Below the pieces are notes generated by a model. It saw only the letters and a list, made by a program, of their open reading frames with translations. It was not told the DNA's origin and did not search any database. A stretch of DNA of 63,936 bases, counting the filler, from Craspedostauros australis (Eukaryota), in the NCBI GenBank assembly GCA_030167865.1. It is 9 parts of 9 records of this genome, joined end to end, with 100 filler letters (N's around TTAATTAATTAA, not from the genome) between each part and the next. Parts side by side here need not be neighbours in the genome. Positions count along the whole stretch, not along the records: positions 1 to 23,431 come from JALAGF010004766.1; positions 23,532 to 31,615 come from JALAGF010004770.1; 7 more parts are not named here. One strand, given 5' to 3'. The first letter of the stretch is position 1. Each line of letters starts with the position of its first letter. Below, piece by piece: positions 13,187 through 24,836 of the stretch. Both the position numbers and the translations under genes were made by a program.

Positions 13187-15625
13187 ATGAACCTCAAGTG
13201 CAACTTCGCAATCGCAAGCCTGTTGGCCGTGACAGGTGAGTGCCGTGGCGGATGTCAGATGAGATGTTGCGCCATGCTGCATGCGCAGCTGAAGGCAACG
13301 GCATGCTCGTAGATCCGACAACTCCATGGTGACCGCGTTCGTCGCCAGTCTCTTGGATTCTGGACAAAAGGAATCTATTTGGCGAAAACGGAAGGTCATG
13401 ATGGGCGGGCATTGGATTCGAAAGGAACCCCAGGCATAGAATTCCTCAAACCAAGATGGCCTACTGTTGGTGGTTGGTGTCCAAGTATCGGGATGCAACT
13501 GGTACCAGGGCTTCAATACACACAGAGAGGGAGAAAGAGACAACTTGGTGCCACGAGAGCGCAACCGAACTGCCCGTTTCGTTTCAAAGATCAACACATC
13601 GACTCACACCGGCTCCTATCATCCTTGCCATGCTGTTGTGCCATGCTATGACTACAATCATATTCCGTGCATTCATCGTCGCTGTATCATCATCATCATC
13701 ATCTTTTTCTTGCTCATGGATAACATCTGCCATGAATGCTCTGCCATACTCCAATGAATCTTCCATTCTCTCTGCCCCACACCACAGTCACAGCATTTTC
13801 GCCTGCCAAGCAAATCGGTGCAACCCCGTTCGGTGCTTCCACTGCGTCTACCACAAGCCTTCACATGTCGACAATCCAATCCGTCAAGGCTCGAGAAATC
13901 TTGGATTCCCGCGGAAATCCAACCGTCGAGGTGTGTCTCATGATGGAGAAGCCACTTGATTGCTGCTATTGCTTCTGGTGGTGGTGCCGCGATTGATGCG
14001 TTGCTTGCATTGCTCTCGATTAATAATCTCGGCAGTGATCGCGTTTTGGCGACATGGCGGTGCAAGGAAAGGCTGTGTGTCGCCATTGGCTTGGTGGATT
14101 CTTGCACTCACAATCAGGGATTGGGATCGACTTCATTGATGCACGCGAATATGACTGCACATTTGTGTTCGCATGTATTGGCATCTGCATTCGTCCATGA
14201 CCAACCACTTGCTCACATTCTCAATTCGGACACTGGACTCCACATTATCGGATCCTCCTATTCCATCGTGACTTTCTATGTTTTTTGGTTTGGTTCCATG
14301 CGACGCACCACCGGTACGCTCTGGCATTCGCTGCTCTGCTACTACCACATTTCCATCGGTGTGATCATAATGCCGAACAGGTTGAGGTGACCACCGAAGA
14401 TGGCATGTTCCAAGCCTCTGTCCCATCTGGTGCATCCACCGGAGCCTACGAGGCCGTCGAGCTTCGCGATGGCGGAGACCGCTACATGGGAAAGGGTGTG
14501 CTCAAGGCAGTTGGCAACGTCAACGATGTCTTGGGACCAGCCGTTAATGGCATGGACGTGTCCGACCAGTCCTCCATCGACAAGGTCATGATCGACCTCG
14601 ATGGAACCCCAAACAAGGCCAACATGGGAGCCAACGCCATCCTCGGTGTCAGTCTTGCCGTCAGCAAGGCGGGAGCAGCAGCCAAGAAGGTCCCGCTGTA
14701 CAAGCACTATGCTGACCTCGCAGGCAACGACCTGGACAAGTTCACCATGCCTGTGCCATGCTTCAACGTGATCAACGGTGGATCGCACGCGGGCAACAAG
14801 CTGGCCTTCCAGGAGTACTTCGTCATCCCCACAGGAGCGAAGTCGTTCGCCGAGGCAATGCAGATCGGATGCGAGGTGTACCACACCCTTGGCAAGATCA
14901 TCAAGGCCAAGTTCGGTGGAGACGCCACCCTCATCGGAGACGAGGGTGGCTTCGCACCACCATGCGACAACAGAGCAGGATGCGAGCTCATCATGGAGGC
15001 CATCGCGCAGGCAGGCTACGAAGGCAAGTGCACCATCGGTCTCGATGTTGCCGCCTCCGAATTCAAGGTCAAGGGCGAGGACGGTTACGACTTGGACTTC
15101 AAGTACGACGGAGATGTCGTGCCCGGCGAGGGATTGGCCAACTTGTACCAAGAGCTTGCCGCTGACTTTCCCATCGTGACCATCGAGGATCCATTCGATG
15201 AGGATGACTGGGAGAACTGGTCCAAGTTCACCGGAAAGAACGCCGAGCAATTCCAGGTCGTCGGAGATGATCTGACCGTGACGAACATCGGGAAGATCTC
15301 CAGAGCCGTCGAGGAGAAGGCCTGCACATGCTTGCTCCTCAAGGTCAACCAGATTGGTTCCATCACCGAGAGTATCGACGCTGTCAAGATGGCCAAGCAG
15401 GCCGGATGGGGCGTCATGACGTCCCACAGATCCGGAGAGACCGAAGACACCTACATCGCCGACCTGGCCGTTGGTCTTTGCACCGGCCAGATCAAGACCG
15501 GCGCCCCATGCCGATCGGAACGTCTGGCAAAGTACAACCAGCTCTTGCGTATCGAGGAGGAGCTGGGTGCCGAGAACACCGACTACGCCGGCGCAGGCTT
15601 CCGAACGACATCGTGGATGGGCTGA
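13187..15625 (+). CDS. ENO: Enolase with bipartite plastid-targeting presequence, 3 exons, ~478 aa
   Basis: Exons 13187-13235, 13788-13930 and 14381-15625. Spliced N-terminus [27 protein letters not shown]...[29 protein letters not shown]. Core motifs [60 protein letters not shown]. Confidence 0.96.
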
Positions 15626-16513
15626 GCAAGTACGAGCACAAGTGCCAGTACAAGTATGAGCATGAGCGGAGTAAAGCATACATTAGGAATCTGTACGTTG
15701 CTGCCACCACTTACTCTACTCTACCTTGACTTCCAAGATTCCACGGCCCCTTGCTTCGAATGCTCCATTGTTTCATGTCAACACGATCCACAAGCAAGGG
15801 GAACAACGGAGTGATACTCTAGAGTGCAGTGGGTAACGAACATCATCAACGCCTTCTCTTCTCCCCATCATGTCGATACCGTTGACACCTCATCTCTTGA
15901 GCGGATGCAATGAGTTATCGAGTATGATAGTATATACAACCTGCCGTCTATGGTATTAGAATGTCATGCTTGTGCGTAAGTTCTGCGCGAGTCCAGATCT
16001 ATGCAGTGGTTGTTGCTGTGGTTGTTGAAGTCATGGATTCCAACAGGACAGGTTAGTCTTGGTTTCTGTTTTGTGTCTGACTGCGACGAGTGCTGCGCAA
16101 TTACTCTATGTATTTGTTGCAGCAGGCATCAGTAGCCATGGAGGGCGATGAATGGCATCAGCAAAGATAACAGATGGTTTGTTATTGCTGATGCAAGGCC
16201 ATCGAGGTTGGTGTGAATACGATACATCATGCAACTTGATCAAATGATGCAAGGCATCCTTCGATCAGGTGAACGAACCAAACAAGCCAAGCGCACTCAA
16301 TGTATGGAATGTACTCGTATGGATTGGTTGGCTGTCACGAATCTGCACGATACTTCGAGGATTGTGTTGTCACCATTGCGGCTTTTGACAATGCAGCAAT
16401 GATGGCAACGATGTTGGTAGTTAGCGTTTGTGTTCGAGGATTGTGTCCCACCGGCTTGATTGCTGTATGGATGGTGTGACTGCGAGAGGGGGGAGATCGT
16501 GTCACCCGCCTGC

Positions 16514-17609
16514 TTAGAACATTGGGCTTCCGGTGAGGGCTGGGACGGATCCTGGCACGTTGGCGGCGGCGACGAAGGACATGATGGCGATCATGGCAAG
16601 GCGTCCGTTGTTCAATTCTCGGCTGCGCTTGACTGCCAGCGTGGCGTCATCGACCTTGGAGAAGTCGATTGGTGGGAAGATGATGGTTGGGGTGTCGCCT
16701 CCCTTGGTGTAGTGGGTTCCGCTGGACTCGCTGATGATCTCAGCAAGGAAGATGAGTCCGATGATCTGCTGCTTGCCTGTGGCCGTCCATCATCGTGTGT
16801 ATTGGGAGTGGGAGATTGGTGTTTTTGCAGGAATGGAAGGAGATGGGTGAGATTTGTTAGATGATACGGTGAAGCTCGCAAAGCTGTGGGGCATCGGGCA
16901 TCGGGTAGTCATGTGCTCATGAATCTGTGGTTGTTCAACATGAATGTTGGCCACGACGATTGGCATATCCTCGCATCGAAGTACAATAAAGTATTATACA
17001 ACAGAGTAGGGTCGAGCGGCGGAAGCATGATAGCACAGCTCATCTCCGTTGGCCACCGCCTGCCTTTCATATGCATTCTCATTGCGATCCAATGCCGCTG
17101 GCCGTGCCAAGTGCTCTGTGGCGTCACGCTAGATTCTCTGTTCTCCATTGGTCTTTCAAAAGCAAACTCAATTCAAATCCCAACTTCATAGGTACGGGCA
17201 CAGGTATAGGAACAGAAGCAGGCTCGAATGCAGAAAACGAAGAGGAAGACATACCACCATCTGGGACGGCATCCCAGGCATCGAAGGGCTTCATGCCGGA
17301 GAGGGACTCGAAGGAGACATCCTTGCTGAGCATTCCTGGGAAGTGGAAGCCGGCAGCCTGGACGATGTATCCGGTGGTGGCGAGCATGGCGACGCGTGCG
17401 TGCTTGAGCTCGGCGGCGCGGAACCAGGCGAAGGTCTCGTCGGATCCGAGGGTGGCCAGGTCGAGCGGATCGAAGCTCTTGGCTGGCAGGGTGCTGCCTG
17501 GCATGTCATCGAGTCCGGCACGAAGGGCCGAGGAGACGGCGGCCTTTGGGGCGCTGGTGAATGCAGCGGCGGAGCTGGCGAGAGCGAGAACGAGAGCGGC
17601 GACCTTCAT
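16514..17609 (-). CDS. LHCR3: Fucoxanthin-chlorophyll a/c light-harvesting protein, Lhcr (Lhcr3-like), 2 exons, ~205 aa
   Basis: Exons 17609-17255 and 16776-16514 (GTATGT...CACAG, phase 1). Presequence MKVAALVLALASSAAAF; FDPL, AELKHARVAMLA and RELNNGRLAMIA. THYTKGG..PTIIFPPIDFS resembles Lhcr3 as I recall it, so the subfamily is less certain than the family. Confidence 0.9.
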
Positions 17610-18599
17610 GTTGGGATACGGTTGGGGTTGGCTTTTCAAAAGTTGATTGGTGTTATGCTCGATCGGGGAGTCAAGGTGGGCGTTGTCGCAGTTGCGACTC
17701 TTCGCTTGTCTCCTCCCTTCTTCCTTGGAAACGGGCCACCAGTTGGGAACGGGACAGAACGGCAACCAAGACAGGAGAGAAGGATGGGACAGGCCAACCC
17801 TTCGTCATGGTCGACGTTGCCGCGCAAAAAGGAGGAAAACGGCAAAGATACGTCACGTGAAGATACGGAGCCACGGAACCTCAACCCGTTGCTTCGTGTG
17901 GGTATCATGGAATCTGGAATTTTGGCATTGCCCATCTTTTTCGGTATACCATACTGGTACTACATAGTATAGTCTCGGAAGTACCAATGTAAAGGTACCA
18001 CGTAATATGACCGAAACGACCCGAAACGTCACATGTGTTCCCTTGACGCGTGGAAGCATCCGCGACAATTGTCCACGTTGATTTGATGGACGAAACCTCA
18101 ACTTCACATCACCGCAAAGAAAACGATGGGGCGAGAAGCAATGGAAGAGAACGCCGACAAATCCAACCAGTCTCGCAATCCGCACGTCGCCGCGACGTCT
18201 TCACGTCATCATCATCTGCAACAGCCACAGGATCGTCAGTCGGTGGGTCGGCAGCAGCCTCACAAATCGCACGCGCACATCGATGAGTTGGAAGTGAGCT
18301 ACACCACTCTGCTACTCTGCTCTATTCCACTCCAATCACCTTGACTACTTTTCGCATCAGCATCCGAGCACTCGTGTTCCTCTTCCGTATCTCTTGACAC
18401 ATCCACATCAATTCGACCAAGTGCCGATCGCGGAAAAGTGAACTCACATTTCCATCTACGCACTCCGCATCAGCATCAACATCAGCATCAACAGACAAGT
18501 GAGAACGACGATACGCACTATTTCGCCGCACACTTCATTCCCAATCAGCGAAGTTACATCAGCATCCGCACAAACACACAGCATACTAGCACAGGCAAC
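17610..18599. promoter_or_regulatory. Divergent promoter between the Lhcr and Tic110 genes with ACGT-core elements
   Basis: Head-to-head ATGs at 17609(-) and 18600(+). ACGTCA at 17850, 18026 and 18203; CACGTG at 17854. Confidence 0.4.
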
Positions 18600-21500
18600 A
18601 TGAAATTCACAGCCATCGCAGTTGCCGCTGCCCTCTGCCTGGCAGACAGCAACACATCGGCGTTCACCGTCCAGCAGCACACCTCTGGCGTCTCCGTCGG
18701 TGCTGCCGTTACTCCGCTATCACCGCTGGCAGCACAGAATTTCCTTCCACAACAGCCGCAGAGACGCGGCAGACTCCAACCGCTCAACTTCGCCGCTGGT
18801 GGAATGGAAGAACTGCAGGAGCTGCTCGAGGCCAAGACCAACCCCCTCGACAAGAAGGCCCGTGAGTCGCCCTCCCTCTTCAAGTTCGCGGGATACGCAT
18901 CCATCCCGGTCTCCGCCGCCCTGGGTTTCGGCATCGTCCCCAGCCGCCGTTTCGCAGCGCACGCCGCAGGAGCCATCATCACTGGCGTGGCCGGTGCCAT
19001 CGGAAAGTCCAAATTGGATGCCATCACCGAGGACGCCGCCAAGCCGGCCATCGCCCAGGCCCTGGTCGACAACGGCATCGAAGACCCGGACGCCACGGCC
19101 GCCAAAATCAAGGGTCTGCAGGAAACCTTCGGAATCGTCGACGATGAGGAATTCGAGTCCCTCTGCGCCGACATTTACAGCAAGTACCTGCTGGGCATGG
19201 TCAAGCACAACCCCATCGCCAGCCACGGCGAGCCGGATGAGCTCGACTCCGTCAAAACCGCCCTCTCCCTCACCAACCTCCACGTCGGAGAGGCCCACGC
19301 CGCCGCCGCCAACGAGTGGTACCGAATGACCACCAAAATCGCGACCGAGGAAGAGCTCGATGACCCCGACAGCCTCGAGCGCAAGGCCATGGACAAATTC
19401 CTGTTTTTGACGGAGCGCACCTTCCAGAAGGCCGACGAGACCCAGGAGGCCTTCAAGTTCGAAATGACGCGCGTCGCCAAGGCCATGAAGCTCAATTACG
19501 TCGAGGCCATGGAGCGCGTTGCCGAGGTTGCGGAACCATTCTACCTGAGGGCGCTCAAATCCACGCGCGCCAAACTCAACACCAACCAGGTCTCCGAGGC
19601 CATGCTGGAACGTGCCCGCAAGACCTTGGGAATTGAGGAGGAGACCGCCTTCGACATGCACATTGCGGCATTCAACGAGGAGGTCAAGGAGCTCTGCGGA
19701 CTCGCTTCCGAGGAGGCCTCCGACGATGACGAGGAGGCCGACATCGATCTCTCGGCTGCCAAGTTTGTGGATGGTGCCAAGGATCGCGTAAGTTGTCGTT
19801 GTCTTGCATATTGCTTCGTACATTGCTCCACTTTGTTCTCAATTCTGTTGCATCGTGCTGCGATGTTGTCTTCAGCGTCGATTGTTCTCTGCCTTCGTTT
19901 ATGCCCACACGCCTGCTTTCAATCAATTGTCACTGACCAATCAACTCGCCGACCTTGGAATCATTTTCCTTTCGCCATCCTCGTCATTTTATATTTTTCC
20001 ACACTCAACAATTACAAAATGTACACGCACTCCCATCCATCCACGCATCCATCGAAATACACAGCTATACAAGCTCAGAGACGTTCTCAGCCTCTCCGAT
20101 GAGGATGCTAACTACGAGATCGCTGCCGAAGTCACGCCACTCTTCCAGGCCACCGCCCTCGACACCATGAAGAGCGTGCTCGTTGGTAACAAAACGCCAG
20201 ACGAGGCATGGGAGATCATGAACTCCCGCCGGCAGGAGCTCCTTCTGGCCCAGAAGGACAGCAAGGGACTCATCTCCTCCATGGTCATGCAGGCCCTCGG
20301 CGCCCCGCTCGAGGAGGCACACAGATTCTCCAAGGTCAACAACGAGGAGGCTGTCTATGCCAACATCCTCGAAGCCCTCGATGCCAAGAAGGCACTGATC
20401 GCGATCCTCACCAAGTCCGGTTGGGATGAGTTCGACAACTTTGACAAGACCTTCTGCGACCCATGGGACAGACAGTCTGCCAACGGATTCCTGCGATCCG
20501 ACGAGCGTTTCAAGCTGTACAAAATCTTCCTTGGCCGATCGCTGCGAAAGGCTGAGGACGGCAAGCTCTCCGATGAAGCCTTTGGCCGCATGATGGAGGT
20601 CAAGGGGTTGCTCGGCGTTTCGGACGAACAGGCCGAGACCGAATCTCGCGCCACCTTCGGACCAGAACTTCAGAAGGCATGCCTGCGCGCCACGACGGAA
20701 ATTGTCACAGACTTCACACCCGAGCTCGCGGTCAACATGCAGAAGGAGATCGATGACATTATGGACAACTACCGTCTGTCGAAGAACTTCCTGCGTGAGC
20801 AGGGTGTCAGCTGCTACGGAAAGGCCGTCGCTTTGGTGAGCGAGAAGTCGCCAGGTGGCGTTCCAACCAACGAGATGGAGGAGTCGCTGAAGTCGCTCCA
20901 AAAGATGTTCAACATGGAGGCGGAGGACACGTACCCAGCTCACATGGAGTACTTCGGTGCTGTGTACAGAAAGAGCGTCCTGGAGGCCATGGGCGCAACC
21001 GGCGTCATCCGATCCGACTTCCGTGAGGCACTGGACGACCTGCGCAGCCGATTGGGCGTGAACGAGGAGGATTCCAAGAAGCTCTTCCTCGAGGCCGTCG
21101 AGGAGAAGATGACACCGATGGTCGAGTGGATCAACAGCGAGATGGAGCGCACCAACCTCAGTCAGCAGCAGCTGGCCCAGCGACGTGGCAAGGACATGGG
21201 ACAGGATGTCTTCCAGTCTGGAAAGGATGCTGATGTACGTGCATTTGGTCGTGTTGGTGTTAATCTTGTGCAGATGTATGTTGTTGTTTGTGTTATGACT
21301 GTCTGCACACTCGCTTTGCAATTGTATCGGTTTTGTTTGCATGGACAGGATTGAATTGGACTTGATGCATTTGCCGTCAGCCTACGACGTTTGCTAACCT
21401 TCGCTTTATGCCACTTTTCCATGCCTTGCGGATGCCAATACACTTTCGCTGTGCCTGTCCACCAACACCACTTCACGCTCTTCCAATCACGATCACAATC

Positions 21501-22518
21501 ACAGGGCAACCTTGGCCTTGGAGCGGAAGTGAACATCATGGGAGACATCATGAACCTGGTGGACTTTTACACCGAGAATGAGATCGCCGAAGAGAAGGAG
21601 GTTGGCACGAAGGAGGTCGACGGCAAGGAGGTTCCAGTGATGGAGACCTCCTACCCTGTCACCGCGCTTGGCAGCGGCTCACTGGATCAGGAAATGGCAG
21701 AGGCTCTGTACAGGCAGATGGTCGTCGGCGCCTTCACGAATCAGGGACCGCAGGCAGCACGGTACGAGGCGTCCCGCGCCAAGTTCGGTGGCATTCTGGG
21801 TCTGACGAGCGAGAAGATGGAGGAGATCAATGACAACATTGGCAGCACCGTGTACGACAACTACGTGTCAAGAACGATGATGACGAAGGGATCCTTGGAT
21901 CAGCAGGACATGATGTTCCTTGCCAACATCCAGGGCAAGCTTGGCCTGTCCTCGGAACAGAGCGAGAAGTTCCTGATGGAGTCGCAGAAGAAGGTACTGT
22001 CGGAAGAGATCAACCAGCTGATGGACGACCCCACCCCTGCAGGGTTGAAGGCATTCCGCGAGAAGTGCAACAGCATGGGCATGGACCTCGCCGAGGACAT
22101 TGGCGTTTCCACATCGCGCCTGGTGCGAATGTTCGAGAGCGAGATCGTGCCTGGCCTGAAGAGCGGCGAGATCAACGTGGAGAACAACGACATACTAACC
22201 GAGATCCAGGAATCGTTGAATCTGGAACCGGAGGAATGCGAGACCATGTTCGAGAATGCCGTGCTGAAACTTGCCAAGTCGGCGTTTGACCTGATCAACA
22301 ACGAGCTGATGAGAGGCAGGGATGACAGCGTGGTGGACCCACTGAAGGAGCTTGTGCGATACAACCTCCTGATGGAGGGCGACTTGGGCCTCTCCGTGGA
22401 CGAGGCCACGGGGTACCAGATCTTCAACATCTACGATGCGTTCGACCATTCCGGCGAGGACGAAGAGACCGTGGAGTTGAACAAGGAGCTGCTGAAGACC
22501 GCCATGGGCATCGAGTAA
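18600..22518 (+). CDS. TIC110: Plastid inner-envelope translocon component Tic110-like, 3 exons, ~1123 aa
   Basis: Exons 18600-19787, 20065-21234 and 21505-22518 (all GT-AG, phase 0). Bipartite presequence (...NTSAFTV), two N-terminal hydrophobic helices, then a long acidic helical region (LGLTSEKMEEINDNIGSTVY, LANIQGKLGLS). Confidence 0.75.
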
Positions 22519-23178
22519 ATCGACGGCTGTCCTCTCTAGCTATTCTTCTTGAAATCCATGCATCTATTGAAGCAAGGGAAGGAGGATTTTACCATGATAG
22601 ACAACGTATTTGACTGTACTCCGTCCTCAAAGGGTAATCGTACCCTTGTCTTTGCCTTGGACATCAGGACGTTGGGGGAGCTGGTTGCGATTGACGAGAG
22701 GTCCAAATTGAGGAGGGGACTGTCGTTCATTCCTGCCACTCCTCGAGCTTCGATTTTCAGCATATTGTGCCATTTTAGCACATAGTAGGTCGTAGTTGTA
22801 GATTACCAGTGTCTCCCTAGTGTCTTTTGGCTTGGGTGGAGGCCAATTTTTTTGGTAACCATTGGTAACAATTGGTAACTAGTCGTATGAGTCAATTTCG
22901 CCGTAGACGCTGGTACATTTTGTACGTCAGTCCCACTCGAAGCGGCCCAAAAAACACCTTTTCTGCCACAAACCTCCTCGGCAAGTTCATGCCGCTCCAT
23001 TTGTTTGAGCTCTTCTTTTGTGAGCATTCGCATGTGTGACTTTTAATCACCCTCTCCAAGTTTGGCGGCGATTGGATGGGTAGTTGTCGAGATCTACTCG
23101 TTTCTCTGGGGCCACCACTCCATATTGTCATTCACGAATGCCAATCACCGCGATGTATCGTGGCGAATTTTGTGTACC

Positions 23179-23202
23179 CCACCGCGTGTTAACACGCGGT
23201 GG
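23179..23202. repeat. Perfect 24-bp palindrome CCACCGCGTGTTAACACGCGGTGG
   Basis: The sequence equals its own reverse complement. Confidence 0.9.
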
Positions 23203-23431
23203 AAATGATCACAAAACATTGTGGTGCCAACCGATGTGTTCCTCACATGCCATGATCAGTTCCTTACATCCTGATAGCATCCATTGTGGCTTCGTTCATC
23301 GTATTGCATTGTAGTTGATGATATGGTTGATACTTTCTACAATATCATTTCAGTTATACTCCAGAATACTGTACACCAGCAACAGTCTTGGCAACAACAA
23401 CTTGGATGCATGTGTATTGTTGCATCAATCC

Positions 23432-23531
23432 NNNNNNNNNNNNNNNNNNNNNNNNNNNNNNNNNNNNNNNNNNNNTTAATTAATTAANNNNNNNNNNNNN
23501 NNNNNNNNNNNNNNNNNNNNNNNNNNNNNNN
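23432..23531. other. Artificial contig linker N44-TTAATTAATTAA-N44 (also 31616-31715, 34854-34953, 45895-45994, 48870-48969, 53567-53666, 61105-61204, 62310-62409)
   Basis: Identical 100-nt structure eight times. TTAATTAATTAA gives stops in all six frames, and genes are cut off at the linkers. Confidence 0.97.
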
Positions 23532-23959
23532 CATGCCGCGACGAAGGCCGTCGAGCTGCTGCAACCCGATTGCAATGGGATGTCGGTTGTGGAAACGCAT
23601 CTGGCACCGCCGTTGTGGAACTCCCATCCGTCCTGGAAGGCCTCCCGCAATGCGGATAACGCAAAATCCATGGCCTCATCGTCATCATCGTCCTCACCGT
23701 CGTTGCTTTCACCGTCTTTGCCATTGTTCCTGCATGGTGACACCTGTGATGAGATCGGGTGCAGATCGTAAGTGAAGTGCTGATCCAGCTGCGGCACGAT
23801 CAGCTCGATGCATGCAGAATCTGGGGTGGGCGTCACCTCGATCCGGCATGTCAGCGGAATGGCGCAGGCGATGACCGGCAGATCGAGGTAGTCCTGATGC
23901 TCGCCAAACAAGCACACCCTGCCAGGCGCGACGGCAGTGAACGGCGTGTTCAAAGTCAT
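23532..23959 (-). CDS. Galactokinase-like GHMP kinase, 5' part (cut by the contig end)
   Basis: APGRVCLFGEHQDY (galactokinase-type signature) and IPLQSGCSSSTA (GHMP ATP-binding loop). Confidence 0.85.
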
Positions 23960-24836
23960 TGCTGTGGAGCGATGGGATGCGGCAGGAGGTGCTCGGTGGC
24001 TTCAGCTCGTACCATACGAGTGCCTATCGCTTCTGTCATCGTCGTTGCCCTCCGCCCTCCTTGGGATAGTCCCATTGTCGGTTGTATTCTGACGAGCTGT
24101 GTTGTGTTGTGCATCATGAGAGTGTGCACAAGATTTTGTCGTGTTTCGATCCATTTTCGTCACTTTCAACCGTTTCACTCCAAATTGTTGTTGCTTTGTA
24201 TTGGAGCGAAACCAGTCACGAGGACTCGAGTGAGTCACGATCAGCAGAAAACAACAACAACCGCAGAAACAGACACAGAAGACTCAACGAAAAGAAAGAG
24301 ATATTGGAGCGAAACCAGACGAAGGTGTGACGTCACGACGGGATGGCAACAGCATTAGAGTCAAACGAGTCAAACGAAAAGATAGGCTCAACAAGGAACC
24401 AAGCAACAAAACAACCGGTTGTGTGCTGACAGCAACAATAGCAGCAGCAACAGCAGCAACAACAGCAACAACAGAAACAGCAACAACAGAAGACATAAGT
24501 CGACTTCAAATAAGACCAACATCGTAGTTACAACAAACCAACATCATCTACTGTGGATTCTGAGTTAGTTCTAATAAGAGAAACCAAAACACCGAAGACA
24601 CAATCTGTCAAACAACACATTGGATACGAACTCATACCCAACTACCGCCACCGTTTCAATACAGACATCGAATTGCCACTCGTATTCATCACACAGTGGA
24701 TGCTACTCATAAAAATACAAGCTATTGAAGACACACCATCGATATCTCAGCCTCATAGTAGATAGCTCAGACAACACACTTTCTCGACAGCCAATCCAAC
24801 GCCAAAAGACCACCAACCATCAACCATCCTCTCAAC

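Noticed and set aside
14342..15679. 445-aa antisense ORF over enolase (similar ones over Tic110, the HK and the BTB gene)
   Set aside because: Shadow frames caused by strong codon bias; no recognisable motifs.
23476..23487. TTAATTAATTAA recurring eight times as a possible biological repeat or TSD
   Set aside because: It is always centred in exactly 44+44 Ns, so it is a six-frame-stop contig linker.
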